Part shown: positions 20,323-30,274 of the stretch, in pieces
How positions within the stretch are numbered: position 1 is the first letter of the stretch
How the letters are laid out: each line of letters starts with the position of its first letter
Assembly: GCA_964525635.1 (NCBI GenBank)
Contig: CAZGJX010000041.1
Span: 1-33,275 of the forward strand
Origin: an uncultured archaeon
GTDB lineage: Archaea; Asgardarchaeota; Lokiarchaeia; Sigyniarchaeales; SOKP01
DNA length: 33,275 nt
Direction of reading: 5' to 3'
The notes under the pieces: generated by a model
Database searches by the model: none
What the model was told of the DNA's origin: nothing
The model's input: only the letters and a program-made list of their open reading frames with translations
Made by a program: the position numbers and the translations under genes

Positions 20323-20459
20323 TAGCGGGGATTGGATTTTCAGTTTACTGGAAACCAGCTACTCACTTTTGAACCAATGATCTCAGGGTTTCTTAAAGGA
20401 ACACAGTAGTTGTTCCATTTATGAGCCCTGCGGCATAAACCAGGCTAGCCCACCCCGCT
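20323..20459 (-). tRNA. Initiator tRNA-Met(CAT) with two introns: 37/38 (20390..20419) and T-loop 59/60 (20337..20367)
   Basis: A1-U72 acceptor AGCGGGG/CCCCGCT; three consecutive G-C pairs in the anticodon stem CAGGG/CCCTG; removing both BHB introns gives CT-CAT-AA and TTCAAAT loops. Confidence 0.93.
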
Positions 20460-20810
20460 TCTATTGAATAAATAATAAGTTAAAGTTTTTTTATATTCAA
20501 ATTATTATATTAAACATATCTTTTATTCTTTATCTAAATAATACTAAGGTTATCAATTTTCTTAAAATTGTTAAGTAATAGTATAGCATCATAATAAAAG
20601 TTCATTAATAATTTGATACATAATCCTTATTTTAGCAAGCTTAATCTAAAAGATCTATTAAGTAGGTTATAAAGAATATGACCTCCAACTTCATTTCTAA
20701 GAATATTTAAAGCTCCTTTTAAATGATATTAACTATATTAATAGTTATATTTTTTAATATAGAATTGAATTGATAATAATGATTAAGTTATCAATTTAAG
20801 TTAGATTATA

Positions 20811-21236
20811 ATGACAGATTCTCATAAATACATTTTTTTTGGACAAAACGTAGGATTAATCATCCATAGTAGTTCTAAACATAATCCTTTTCTTTATATT
20901 CAATGTATAAAAAGAAAAATTGGTGGAGACTGGGAAAAACCAAGTAAAGGGGAGGGTAAAGTTATCAAATTTTCATTGGAAGAGCTAGTTTGTATTATAC
21001 AAGTTTTAAATCATAAAATAGAGTATTGGAATTCAAAACATTGTTATAATAATGTTGAAACAGATATCAATATTAATTGGGAAAACAAAGAATTTAATAG
21101 ATTATGGATTAATATATCAAACTATTCGAAATTACTAAATTATGCTCAAGTGGAAATATTAAAAATTCTTTTAAAACATATTTTATATGAAAAAATAGAA
21201 TTTTCAACCTCCATCATTAAAAGAAAAGGTATTTAA
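20811..21236 (+). CDS. Hypothetical protein, possibly Whirly/PC4-like fold
   Basis: 141-aa ORF with ..DWEKP..KVIKFSLEEL.. and an apparent repeated beta4-alpha pattern; the fold call is inference. Confidence 0.65.
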   Translation: MTDSHKYIFFGQNVGLIIHSSSKHNPFLYIQCIKRKIGGDWEKPSKGEGKVIKFSLEELVCIIQVLNHKIEYWNSKHCYNNVETDININWENKEFNRLWINISNYSKLLNYAQVEILKILLKHILYEKIEFSTSIIKRKGI

Positions 21237-21483
21237 TATAATATAATTTTCTGGTTAAATAGGATTTATTTTAGTTTTCAGTATGATTTCGAATTAATTT
21301 TTTTATTCGACGGAAACAGAAATTCTTTTTTAGACCTATTTAGAATTTTATACTAATATAGCATTCTTAATTGAAACAAGTATGTTATTTTAAGTTCAAT
21401 TTATAAAATATTTCTAAAAACAAATAAATTTAATTTCTAATCTGAATTTAAAAAGTTAAGATTTTTACGAAATATAAGTTCAA

Positions 21484-23268
21484 ATGATTTTTTTGGAAAT
21501 ATTAGAAGCTTTTATATTAAGTCCTTGGTTTATTGCTTCAGTTCTTTTTTGGATTTTTGTTTGCATATTGATCTTTTTATTGAGAAAAAAAAAGAAATCA
21601 TACTATCTATTTTTCCCAGTTATGGCACTATTTAAAACAAAAAAATTGAACAAATATATTGTAAATATTGGAAAAAAAGCACCTAAATTTTGGAAGATTT
21701 TTTGGACAATTGGTATATTTCTTTCTTTTGGTTTCATGATATTTTCCTTTTGGATAATCTTCAGCAATTTATTTTTATCTATTTTTAATCTTATAAATCC
21801 ACCTATTGAAAATGGAGGGGTATCAGATTTTAATATGGAATTTGCCTATTGGATTCTACCATTAATATTTTTATATACCACACATGAATTATCTCATGGA
21901 ATAGCTGCCAGTGCAGAAAATGTAGATGTGAAATCAACGGGAATTATTGGTTTAGGATTTTTATTTCTTATTGGATTTGGTGCTTTTGTTGAAGTTGATG
22001 AGAAAGAGTTATTTTCTACTAAAGTTTCGAGGACCACACGTTTAAGGATTAGTGCTGCAGGAGCTCATATTAATATAATCACAACAGGTATAATTTTTCT
22101 CTTTCTTACAATATCTCCTTATCTAATATCTCCTTGTTATACAAAATCCTCTAAGATATTGAGGGTATTAACACCTGAGGAAGGAGGATTTAATTATGGA
22201 AATCTTACAAATAATGATATTATTTATGGAATAAAAAAAGATGGTACATCTAAATTTATAACCTTAGATGAATTTCAAGACACTACTTTAGATACTATAT
22301 TATCAAATCAAACAACTGGAATCAATTGTACTGTAGGTGATGTCCTCAATGTAAAAGTATATAACGAGGATAGTAGTACCTTTTCTGAAAAGAATATTAC
22401 ATTAGGCCCTAAATATGAAACTGGAATAGCATTTGAATATATCAATAATTCAGCACTTAAAATATTCTATAATTATACCTCAAAGAAATATGTAAATATA
22501 ATTATAACTGAAATTGAAGGAATAAAAATTGATCTTACAGAAGGAAACACTTTAGAAAAAAAACTAACTGAAATAAATTTGAAAACTATTGAATTGACTT
22601 CCAGTGATGGTGAAAATTATACACTAAATCTCAAACTTGATGGAGTATATATTGGAATTATAAGTAAATCATCATTTATGTATAAAAATGATCTTGGTCA
22701 ATTCCTTACTAATTTCTTTCCAGAATTTATAACAAAGCAATTATCATGGTTTTACCTTTTATCAATGGGATTAATAATATTTAATCTTCTACCATTATTT
22801 ATAACTGATGGAGATAGAATGGTAAAGGAAGTAATTAATTGGGGAATTGGAGAGAATTTTAAAGAAAAAAGAGAAAAAAAGGAGAAAATTTATTTTAGAA
22901 GAGAAGAAAAAGAAATAGAATTATCTGAATATAGAGTAGAGAAAATTAATTCAATTAAAATAATTACTGAAGATGGAACTCAACCAAGTATAAAGAATGA
23001 AATTATGTTAGGGAAAAATAATTATACGCTATTTGATAAAATAGGAGATGGATTTACATCAACTGTTAGGTTAAAACTTACTGATAACTCTCACTTAGAA
23101 GAAGGAGCTTTAATAGAAATAGATTATGAATATATACATGATGTAAAAAAGAAGAATAAAAAAATCATATTAAATACGATTCGTATCATAACTCTATTGG
23201 TTTTTATTATTAATTTCGTATTTCTTTTTTCCCAATTTGGATTTAGTTTATTTGGAATTTCTTTATAG
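21484..23268 (+). CDS. Site-2 (M50) intramembrane metalloprotease
   Basis: HELSH (HExxH), GAFVE, RISAAG, NLLPLFITDG (NxxPxxxxDG); multiple TM helices. Confidence 0.92.
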   Translation: MIFLEILEAFILSPWFIASVLFWIFVCILIFLLRKKKKSYYLFFPVMALFKTKKLNKYIVNIGKKAPKFWKIFWTIGIFLSFGFMIFSFWIIFSNLFLSIFNLINPPIENGGVSDFNMEFAYWILPLIFLYTTHELSHGIAASAENVDVKSTGIIGLGFLFLIGFGAFVEVDEKELFSTKVSRTTRLRISAAGAHINIITTGIIFLFLTISPYLISPCYTKSSKILRVLTPEEGGFNYGNLTNNDIIYGIKKDGTSKFITLDEFQDTTLDTILSNQTTGINCTVGDVLNVKVYNEDSSTFSEKNITLGPKYETGIAFEYINNSALKIFYNYTSKKYVNIIITEIEGIKIDLTEGNTLEKKLTEINLKTIELTSSDGENYTLNLKLDGVYIGIISKSSFMYKNDLGQFLTNFFPEFITKQLSWFYLLSMGLIIFNLLPLFITDGDRMVKEVINWGIGENFKEKREKKEKIYFRREEKEIELSEYRVEKINSIKIITEDGTQPSIKNEIMLGKNNYTLFDKIGDGFTSTVRLKLTDNSHLEEGALIEIDYEYIHDVKKKNKKIILNTIRIITLLVFIINFVFLFSQFGFSLFGISL

Positions 23269-23278
23269 TAAAAGAATA

Positions 23279-24262
23279 ATGAATAATAATAGTGAGTTTA
23301 AGAAAATAAATAAAAAAGATAAATGTTCTTTTTGTAAAAAGAATGGGAATCTGTATTATAGAAAACATTCTGGACAATATTTATGTTCAGAGTGTTTAAT
23401 TATGAGTATAGAAAGAATAATCTATAGAACAATTTCTAAATATAAAATGCTGAAACCAGAAGATAAGATTATAGTTGCCCTCTCTGGTGGAAAGGATTCT
23501 ATAACACTATTATACAATTTAATTCAAATCCAAAAAAAAACTTATAAATCAAAATCATTAGTTGCATTATCTATTGATGAGGGAATTCAAAGTTATACAC
23601 AAAGAAATTTAAAAATAGCTAGCGAATTTTGTGAAAAGTATAATATCGAACACAAAATAATCTCATTTAAAACACGAATTGGAAAAACACTTGATGAAAT
23701 CATAGAGTTAAAGAGAACAAGGGATGATTTTAAATATCGCTGTAATTATTATTCTATTTTAAGAAATAGATTACTTAATGATGAGGCAAAGCAATTAGGA
23801 GGGACGGTTTTAGTATTAGGAACTAACCTGACAGATATATCAGAGACATTTTTAATGAATATATTAAATAATAAATTTCATCTGATTGGTGATCAATATG
23901 GTTTAGATGATAATAAAAAGATTTATAACTATTATATAAAAAAAGTCATGCCTCTAATGAAGATTCCTCAAAATGAGATTCTATACTACGCTAAATTAAA
24001 GAATTTGAAATATATTAATGTTCATTGTTTATATAGAAAACAATATCCCATTCTTAGAAAGAAAATATTAGAATTTATAGAAAATTTGAAAATAAAAAGT
24101 CCTGAAATAGAATTTAATCTATTTAATGGATTTATAGAACTATTAAAAGTTTTTAATAAGGAAGAAAAACAAAAAAAACTAAATTTTTGCATAAAATGTA
24201 ATTATCCTACAAATAATCCTCAAAATTGCAATTATTGTAACATATTAGAGGACATTTACTAG
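23279..24262 (+). CDS. TtuA/NcsA/Ctu1-family PP-loop tRNA thiolation protein with degenerate Cys motifs
   Basis: SGGKDS PP-loop, IDEGI, N- and C-terminal zinc fingers; the central CxxC reads CNYY. Likely start ATG 23279. Confidence 0.85.
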   Translation: MNNNSEFKKINKKDKCSFCKKNGNLYYRKHSGQYLCSECLIMSIERIIYRTISKYKMLKPEDKIIVALSGGKDSITLLYNLIQIQKKTYKSKSLVALSIDEGIQSYTQRNLKIASEFCEKYNIEHKIISFKTRIGKTLDEIIELKRTRDDFKYRCNYYSILRNRLLNDEAKQLGGTVLVLGTNLTDISETFLMNILNNKFHLIGDQYGLDDNKKIYNYYIKKVMPLMKIPQNEILYYAKLKNLKYINVHCLYRKQYPILRKKILEFIENLKIKSPEIEFNLFNGFIELLKVFNKEEKQKKLNFCIKCNYPTNNPQNCNYCNILEDIY

Positions 24263-24265
24263 ATT

Positions 24266-25246
24266 CTATTTTATTAAGAATTCAGACATTTCTTTTAATT
24301 TTAAATATGTCCTTATTTCATTTCTGAATAATGGTACTTGGATAATATTTTTCTTCATTCTATTTTCGAAAATATCTTTTATTCTGCCAAGATGTTTATT
24401 CTGCATACTACGTCTACTATTACAAAAATCACACATTTCTTCAGATTCAGGAAATATTTGATTTACAACCATATTTGATACAGGAATTTTGTATTTAATT
24501 AATTCATTTAACAATCTCCCGGTCTCTGCTATTGCCATCTCTTCGGGTATCATTACTATTACAAAACTATTTATTTTAGGATTTGTAATATCATCCCTTG
24601 CATTAATTATTGATTCATTAAGCCGTTCTAAGAGTTCAAGAGAATTGTCTTTTTCCGATTTTTCTTTTTTGAATAAATTTTTAAACACTCCTAAGAAATT
24701 ACCAAGTTTAAGTTTTAATCGTAATAATTTTCCAATCCACCCCGATAGTGTTTCAGGAAGAGCTAGAAATCTTAAAGTATGGCCCGTCGGTGCTGTATCA
24801 AAAATAATTAGATCAAAATCATGATCTGTTTCAATAAATTCTAGGATTTTAGCGAATGCTAAAGCCTCATCAATTCCAGGAGGATTCATTGATGAAAGTT
24901 CTTGGATCTCCCCCATTATACCATTATCATCCATTGCAGGAAGGCCTAAATTATCCATTGGATTAATTTTTGTCAAACCTTCAAATTCAGACATATTAGC
25001 TTTAGGATTAATTTCTAAAGCAGTTAGATTTTGAATTCCTTCTATAGGAGTAGGTATACCTGGTGGAAGTTCTAATCCAAGACAATCTCCAAGAGAGTGT
25101 GCAGGATCTGTACTAATTATTAATGTATTTCTTCCTTTTTCAGCAGCCCATATAGCAGCACTTGAAGCACAACTAGTTTTACCGACACCACCCTTTCCCC
25201 CAAACATCACAAATTTCAAATTTAATAATTCTTCCTTTAATTCCAT
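24266..25246 (-). CDS. Get3/TRC40/ArsA-family ATPase (single ATPase domain)
   Basis: GGKGGVGKTS, STDPAHSL, PGIDEA, FDTAPTGHTLRFL and C-terminal CDFC. Confidence 0.93.
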   Translation of the reverse strand: MELKEELLNLKFVMFGGKGGVGKTSCASSAAIWAAEKGRNTLIISTDPAHSLGDCLGLELPPGIPTPIEGIQNLTALEINPKANMSEFEGLTKINPMDNLGLPAMDDNGIMGEIQELSSMNPPGIDEALAFAKILEFIETDHDFDLIIFDTAPTGHTLRFLALPETLSGWIGKLLRLKLKLGNFLGVFKNLFKKEKSEKDNSLELLERLNESIINARDDITNPKINSFVIVMIPEEMAIAETGRLLNELIKYKIPVSNMVVNQIFPESEEMCDFCNSRRSMQNKHLGRIKDIFENRMKKNIIQVPLFRNEIRTYLKLKEMSEFLIK

Positions 25247-25343
25247 TTAAAAAACCAAATATATTCTAATCTTTTTTCTTATTATGAATCTATATTTAAA
25301 AACCAATTGATAAGTTATTTCTTTTTTTTATATAAATATATGT

Positions 25344-26618
25344 TTAAAATGATAATTTATACCGGAGAATCGCAACAATTCCTCCAAATGTGCTAAATAA
25401 TGTTTCTCCTTCCTCAGTTTCAGTAGAAATGATTTCAATATTAGCTCCTGTTTTTTCAGCAATTTCTCCAAACACTTCAATAATTGAATTGTTTTCACCA
25501 ATTTTATATGTATTTGATGCACATTTTGGACAATTTTGTTCTTGATACAAAGATTCAATCTTATCCAATTCGGACTCTTTTATAATTTTAGCATCATCAT
25601 GCCCACAGTTTGAACATTCAATCTTCACACGATAAAGATTTAATTTTTCCGACATAATCAAAGTATCTACAGCACCATAATCTAATGCTTTTTGAATATG
25701 TTCAATACCATATATCGCCAATTCTGAATCATTTGTTATTTCTTTCATAAATTTTTGCATTATCTGCTTTTCTTGAATATATTTAATATCTTCTATTTTA
25801 TCTTTTACCTGTTCTAATAGAGCTCTTATTCCTTCTGCACCTCCATATCCTAAATCTACAGTATCCATTATTTTATCTCTCAATCGATAATCGAGAGTCT
25901 CATCCTTAACAAATTTTTCTTTTGAAAAACCAGGTCCTCCAATAAATATTCCTTTTAAATCTTCAATTTGCATGAAAATTTGATTAATTTCTTCCGAGAT
26001 TCTACGATAAAAACCTTTTTCCTTTTCTTCCATATCTCGTTCATATCTTCTTTGAGATTGTCCTCCAGCTCTATGTTTACTATGTACTCCTGAAGTAAAT
26101 TCTCTAACAACTTCAACTTTATTTCCCTTAACATATCCAACAGCAGATCGTTGTCTCCCTATCGTTATTAATCCATATGTTGCTTTTGGTTTCAACATAT
26201 CATCTAGTGGCCAGAGTAAAAATTCATTAGCACAATGATATTTAAATGTAGGAACGATTTCAGGAGGATCTACAATATATAATTCATTTCTTTCAGTTCC
26301 AGGGGTATTATTTTGAGGAATTGCACCTGAAAACATAATTAAGCCATTTTCAGGTAATTCATTGATATTTTTTAATTGGCCTATCAAGGTTGAGATACCA
26401 TCTAAGACATTTTTTCGTGTTAATTTAGATTTTATATTTTGACTTTCGCTAATTTCATTCTTTAAATAATTGGTAACATCAGAAACTTTTTTATTTGGGG
26501 GGATATAAAGTGAAATTAATTCAGTATGAAATCCTTTTTTCTCCTTAAGGTGATTAATTAATTTTTTTGTTCTATATAGTTTTAGATCAATACCTTTCTT
26601 TATAGCTTCTTGGCCCAT
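25344..26618 (-). CDS. prf1: Peptide chain release factor aRF1
   Basis: TELISLYIPP, NIKS, YHCANEF (YxCxxxF), GGQS, FGGIVAILRY. Confidence 0.97.
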   Translation of the reverse strand: MGQEAIKKGIDLKLYRTKKLINHLKEKKGFHTELISLYIPPNKKVSDVTNYLKNEISESQNIKSKLTRKNVLDGISTLIGQLKNINELPENGLIMFSGAIPQNNTPGTERNELYIVDPPEIVPTFKYHCANEFLLWPLDDMLKPKATYGLITIGRQRSAVGYVKGNKVEVVREFTSGVHSKHRAGGQSQRRYERDMEEKEKGFYRRISEEINQIFMQIEDLKGIFIGGPGFSKEKFVKDETLDYRLRDKIMDTVDLGYGGAEGIRALLEQVKDKIEDIKYIQEKQIMQKFMKEITNDSELAIYGIEHIQKALDYGAVDTLIMSEKLNLYRVKIECSNCGHDDAKIIKESELDKIESLYQEQNCPKCASNTYKIGENNSIIEVFGEIAEKTGANIEIISTETEEGETLFSTFGGIVAILRYKLSF

Positions 26619-26715
26619 AATTATCTACAAGAAAATTAATATAACAAAGATTATTAGTTTTTCCTTAATTTAAGATAAATATAGAAAAAATTGTCGAAAA
26701 GATTAAGAGAAAAAA

Positions 26716-27507
26716 TTGCCAGAAAATGAAACTATTAATCAAAATATTCCTAAAGACCATCCTAGATATCAGAGTTTAAAATATCGTCATCAAATTATTG
26801 AAGGAATGAAAAATTTAGTCGTTGCTGAAGCAGGGCTTATAGCTCATGGTAGAGGGGAATGTTTTGATTATATTCTAGGAGAAAAAACAAATAAAGTGGC
26901 AAAAGAAGCGATAAAAGCAGCAATTGCAACATTATTATTAGCTAAAAATCCAATAATTAGCGTTAATGGGAATGTGGCAGCACTCGTTCCAAAACAAATA
27001 GTAAAACTTTCAAAGATAATAAAAGCTCATCTTGAGATTAATTTATTTTATCAAAAAAAAGGGCGTATTGAGGCTATAAAAAGCGTATTGGAAAAGGAGG
27101 GGGCTTCTGATATTCGAGGTGTTCTAAATGAGGATATAGTGGCAATAGAAGGATTAAAAAGTAATAGACGTTATGTGGAATCTATACTCAATGCAGATAC
27201 CGTATTGGTTCCTTTAGAAGATGGAGATAGGACAGAGATATTGAAAAAAATCGGAAAAACAATAATAACTATTGATTTAAATCCAATAAGTCGGACTGCT
27301 TTAAATGCTGATATTACAATTGTCGATAATATTATCAGAACTATTCCATTAATGATAGAAATTGCTAAAGAACTCAAGAGAGAGAATATTGAGAGTCTAA
27401 GAAATATTGTAAATAATTTTGATAATATAAAAAATATCAAGAAAACTTTAGATTTAATAATTAATTATATTGAAAAACAGAAAATTAAATTAAAAAATAA
27501 ATCTTAA
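26716..27507 (+). CDS. 4-phosphopantoate--beta-alanine ligase (phosphopantothenate synthetase)
   Basis: IPKDHPRYQSL, GLIAHGRGECFDY, ISVNGN, LVPLEDGDR, IDLNPISRT. Confidence 0.93.
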   Translation: MPENETINQNIPKDHPRYQSLKYRHQIIEGMKNLVVAEAGLIAHGRGECFDYILGEKTNKVAKEAIKAAIATLLLAKNPIISVNGNVAALVPKQIVKLSKIIKAHLEINLFYQKKGRIEAIKSVLEKEGASDIRGVLNEDIVAIEGLKSNRRYVESILNADTVLVPLEDGDRTEILKKIGKTIITIDLNPISRTALNADITIVDNIIRTIPLMIEIAKELKRENIESLRNIVNNFDNIKNIKKTLDLIINYIEKQKIKLKNKS

Positions 27508-27596
27508 ATGATTATTTCTAAATAATATTTTTAAAAAAGATTAAAAATTTTTATTATTATACATCTATTATATCACAATTAATATCATTTATCATT

Positions 27597-28136
27597 ATGG
27601 GTACAGAAAAAGAAGTTAAAACAAATGTTTTTAATGCTTCAGATATGAATTCAGATTTTATCATAAGAAAATGTACAGTTGAGGATTTAGAAGGTGTAAT
27701 TGAAGTTAATGAAAGGGAATTACCAGAAGATTATCCTTATTTTTTTTATAAAAGTATTTTGGAAAATTATCCAGAGTCATTTTTTATTGCCTCAAAAAGA
27801 AAGAATCCTCAAAAAATAGTTGGATATATTATGTGGAGAATTGAGAGAACCCCTTCATTAAACGGATTAAAATTAATTAGTAAAGGTCATTTGGTATCAA
27901 TTGCTGTTTCCGAAGGACATAGAAGAAAAGGAGTTTCCACAGCACTTTTAGATAAAAGTATGCCAGCTATAAAAAATGATAACATTTCAGAATATGTGCT
28001 AGAAGTAAGAGTATCAAATTATCCAGCAATCAATCTATATAAAAAGTTCGAATTTAAAATCCACTCAATTAAAAAAAATTATTATAGAGATGGCGAAAAT
28101 GCTTATTATATGATTAAAGAAGTTAGAGAAGATTAA
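27597..28136 (+). CDS. Ard1/RimI-type N-terminal acetyltransferase (GNAT)
   Basis: LPEDY, GHLVSIAV..RRKG, LEVRVSN..AI.LY, YYRDGENAY. Confidence 0.92.
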   Translation: MGTEKEVKTNVFNASDMNSDFIIRKCTVEDLEGVIEVNERELPEDYPYFFYKSILENYPESFFIASKRKNPQKIVGYIMWRIERTPSLNGLKLISKGHLVSIAVSEGHRRKGVSTALLDKSMPAIKNDNISEYVLEVRVSNYPAINLYKKFEFKIHSIKKNYYRDGENAYYMIKEVRED

Positions 28137-29136
28137 AATCTGATTTTTCCAAACCCTTAATCAAATAAGTTAATGTTTTATTTACTGGAACTTGAACACC
28201 TAAATCTTTTGCATATTCAACAATCTTACCATTAATAAAATCTATTTCTGTTTTCTTACCTTTTAATATATCTTGGAACATAGAATTAATATTAGTTTTG
28301 GTTTTTACTGCTACATTATAACTTAAAACAACATAATTTTTATCTGGGATTTTAACATTTATTAATTTTGCAATCTTTATTGCTTCTTCTATTGCCTCTT
28401 TCATTAAAGTTTTTAATCCTTTTATTTCTAAGATTTGTCCATTTTTCAGTCGACTTAGGGTACCAAATGCATTAATTCCAATATTTACAAAAACTTTCTC
28501 CCAACAATTTATTAGAATATCATTAACAATTTCTGTTTTAATGAGGGAAAGATCAAGCAAATCTTTTAAAACCTTTAAAGCAATTAAGGATTGTTCTTTT
28601 TCAGATTTCAATAATATTTTTTCCTTAAAAGGAAAACCAATTTTCGTAAATCCTTTACCAGTATGTTTAACTTCACCAGGTTTAGTTAAAAGTGCTCCAT
28701 GAGAAGTTACCACCCTGATAATCTTTAATTCAGGAAAAAATTTTTTTACTATTTCTTCATTTCCTATTCCATTTTGCAATATTACTAACCATTTAGTATG
28801 ATCTAATATTTTTGAATATTTTGATAGAATAATTTCAAGATCATAAGCTTTAGAGCTTAAAAATATATAATTAAAATCTTTAATATCGTTTTCAATGAAT
28901 TTATTATAATATTCTTTCGGATTAGTGAACCCTAAGATATTTCTAATTTTTATTTTTTTTGAATCTTTAAATATTACTAAACCTTCCTTATTGATTATTT
29001 CTATATGTTGTTTTCTTCCAAAGAAAATAACTTCAGTTATATATTTTTTTGATTCTAAATTTGCTAAAGATCCACCAAATAGACTCCCTATTGATCCTGC
29101 TCCAATAAATCCAATTTTAATTTTTCTTTGATACAA
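28123..29136 (-). CDS. panE: 2-dehydropantoate 2-reductase
   Basis: GAGSIG Rossmann motif, LQNGIG, WEKVFVN, NSMFQD..TEIDFING. Confidence 0.92.
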   Translation of the reverse strand: MYQRKIKIGFIGAGSIGSLFGGSLANLESKKYITEVIFFGRKQHIEIINKEGLVIFKDSKKIKIRNILGFTNPKEYYNKFIENDIKDFNYIFLSSKAYDLEIILSKYSKILDHTKWLVILQNGIGNEEIVKKFFPELKIIRVVTSHGALLTKPGEVKHTGKGFTKIGFPFKEKILLKSEKEQSLIALKVLKDLLDLSLIKTEIVNDILINCWEKVFVNIGINAFGTLSRLKNGQILEIKGLKTLMKEAIEEAIKIAKLINVKIPDKNYVVLSYNVAVKTKTNINSMFQDILKGKKTEIDFINGKIVEYAKDLGVQVPVNKTLTYLIKGLEKSDFNLL

Positions 29137-29182
29137 TTATCTGCACATAGTTTTTTAATTATAGATTGTTGTATATTGATTT

Positions 29183-30055
29183 CTATTCAAAATATTTATC
29201 TAAGGTTGTTTGTTCTTTCGATAAACGACCAAACTTTTTATTTCTAATTTCAAGAGCATTAATATCCTCAGGATTATTTCTAGGTTTAATATCTAATTTA
29301 TTCATCATCATTAGAGAGTTTTTAACAGCATAACCTGAAAAATGGTTATTAAAGTAAATATTAGTGGATTTAACCAAAGATATAACTTCTTTAAGCTTTT
29401 TAGCATAATTGTGTATTTCATCATCACTAAACAAATAATTAAACCATATTTTATCTCCAAAACCATGAAATCTAATATAAAAGAGATCTTCATTTGTGAT
29501 ATCCATCCTAGGAGGGAGTAACGGTTCAATTACAGCACAATAAGTCAAAGAATTATCCCTCAGATAATTAAAGACTTCTTCATTCATCCATGATTTATTT
29601 CTGAATTCAACTACTAAATGATATCCTTCATTATTATAATCTGAAGGCCAATTTCTGATAAAATTCTTTAATGATTTGAAATGGTCAGATCTATTAAAAG
29701 AAGGAGGTAATTGAATCAAAAAAGCAGTAAGTTTTTGAGAGGATATTAAGGGTTCCATTGCTTCTAAATATAGTTCTAAATCCTCATGACATTTTTCCAA
29801 ATCTAATTTACTATCATGAGTGATAGATTTTGGAAGTTTTGCTGTAAAATAAAAATCATTTGGAGTTCTATCAACCCAACTTTTAACAATCCATTTTGAA
29901 GGTATTTTGTAGAATGTGCTATTGATCTCATTAGTGTAAAAAATCTCTGAATAATATGTGAGAAAATTTTTTTTTTTTAAATTTTTTGGATAAAATGGAC
30001 CAATCCATTCATCATAACTCCAACCTGAAGTTCCTGTTAATACATTCTCTATCAT
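29183..30055 (-). CDS. DUF72-family protein
   Basis: GTSGWSY, EINSTFY, QLPPSF, VEFR..SW, YIRFHG, YFNN. Confidence 0.92.
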   Translation of the reverse strand: MIENVLTGTSGWSYDEWIGPFYPKNLKKKNFLTYYSEIFYTNEINSTFYKIPSKWIVKSWVDRTPNDFYFTAKLPKSITHDSKLDLEKCHEDLELYLEAMEPLISSQKLTAFLIQLPPSFNRSDHFKSLKNFIRNWPSDYNNEGYHLVVEFRNKSWMNEEVFNYLRDNSLTYCAVIEPLLPPRMDITNEDLFYIRFHGFGDKIWFNYLFSDDEIHNYAKKLKEVISLVKSTNIYFNNHFSGYAVKNSLMMMNKLDIKPRNNPEDINALEIRNKKFGRLSKEQTTLDKYFE

Positions 30056-30274
30056 ATATTTCTAATATTATGAATAATATAATTTTATTATTTACCGTGA
30101 AGTAAAAGGTATGATATATTTAAATTTATTCTAAAACTATTAATAAATTTTTTAATATTAGATTTTATTCCATCCAAATGTCTTAAAATATTTTTATTGC
30201 ATTATTAGGAAATACTATAATGATAATATAATTATACTATTTTAAACCTTTCATTGGAAAAAGTTAGAGAGAAA

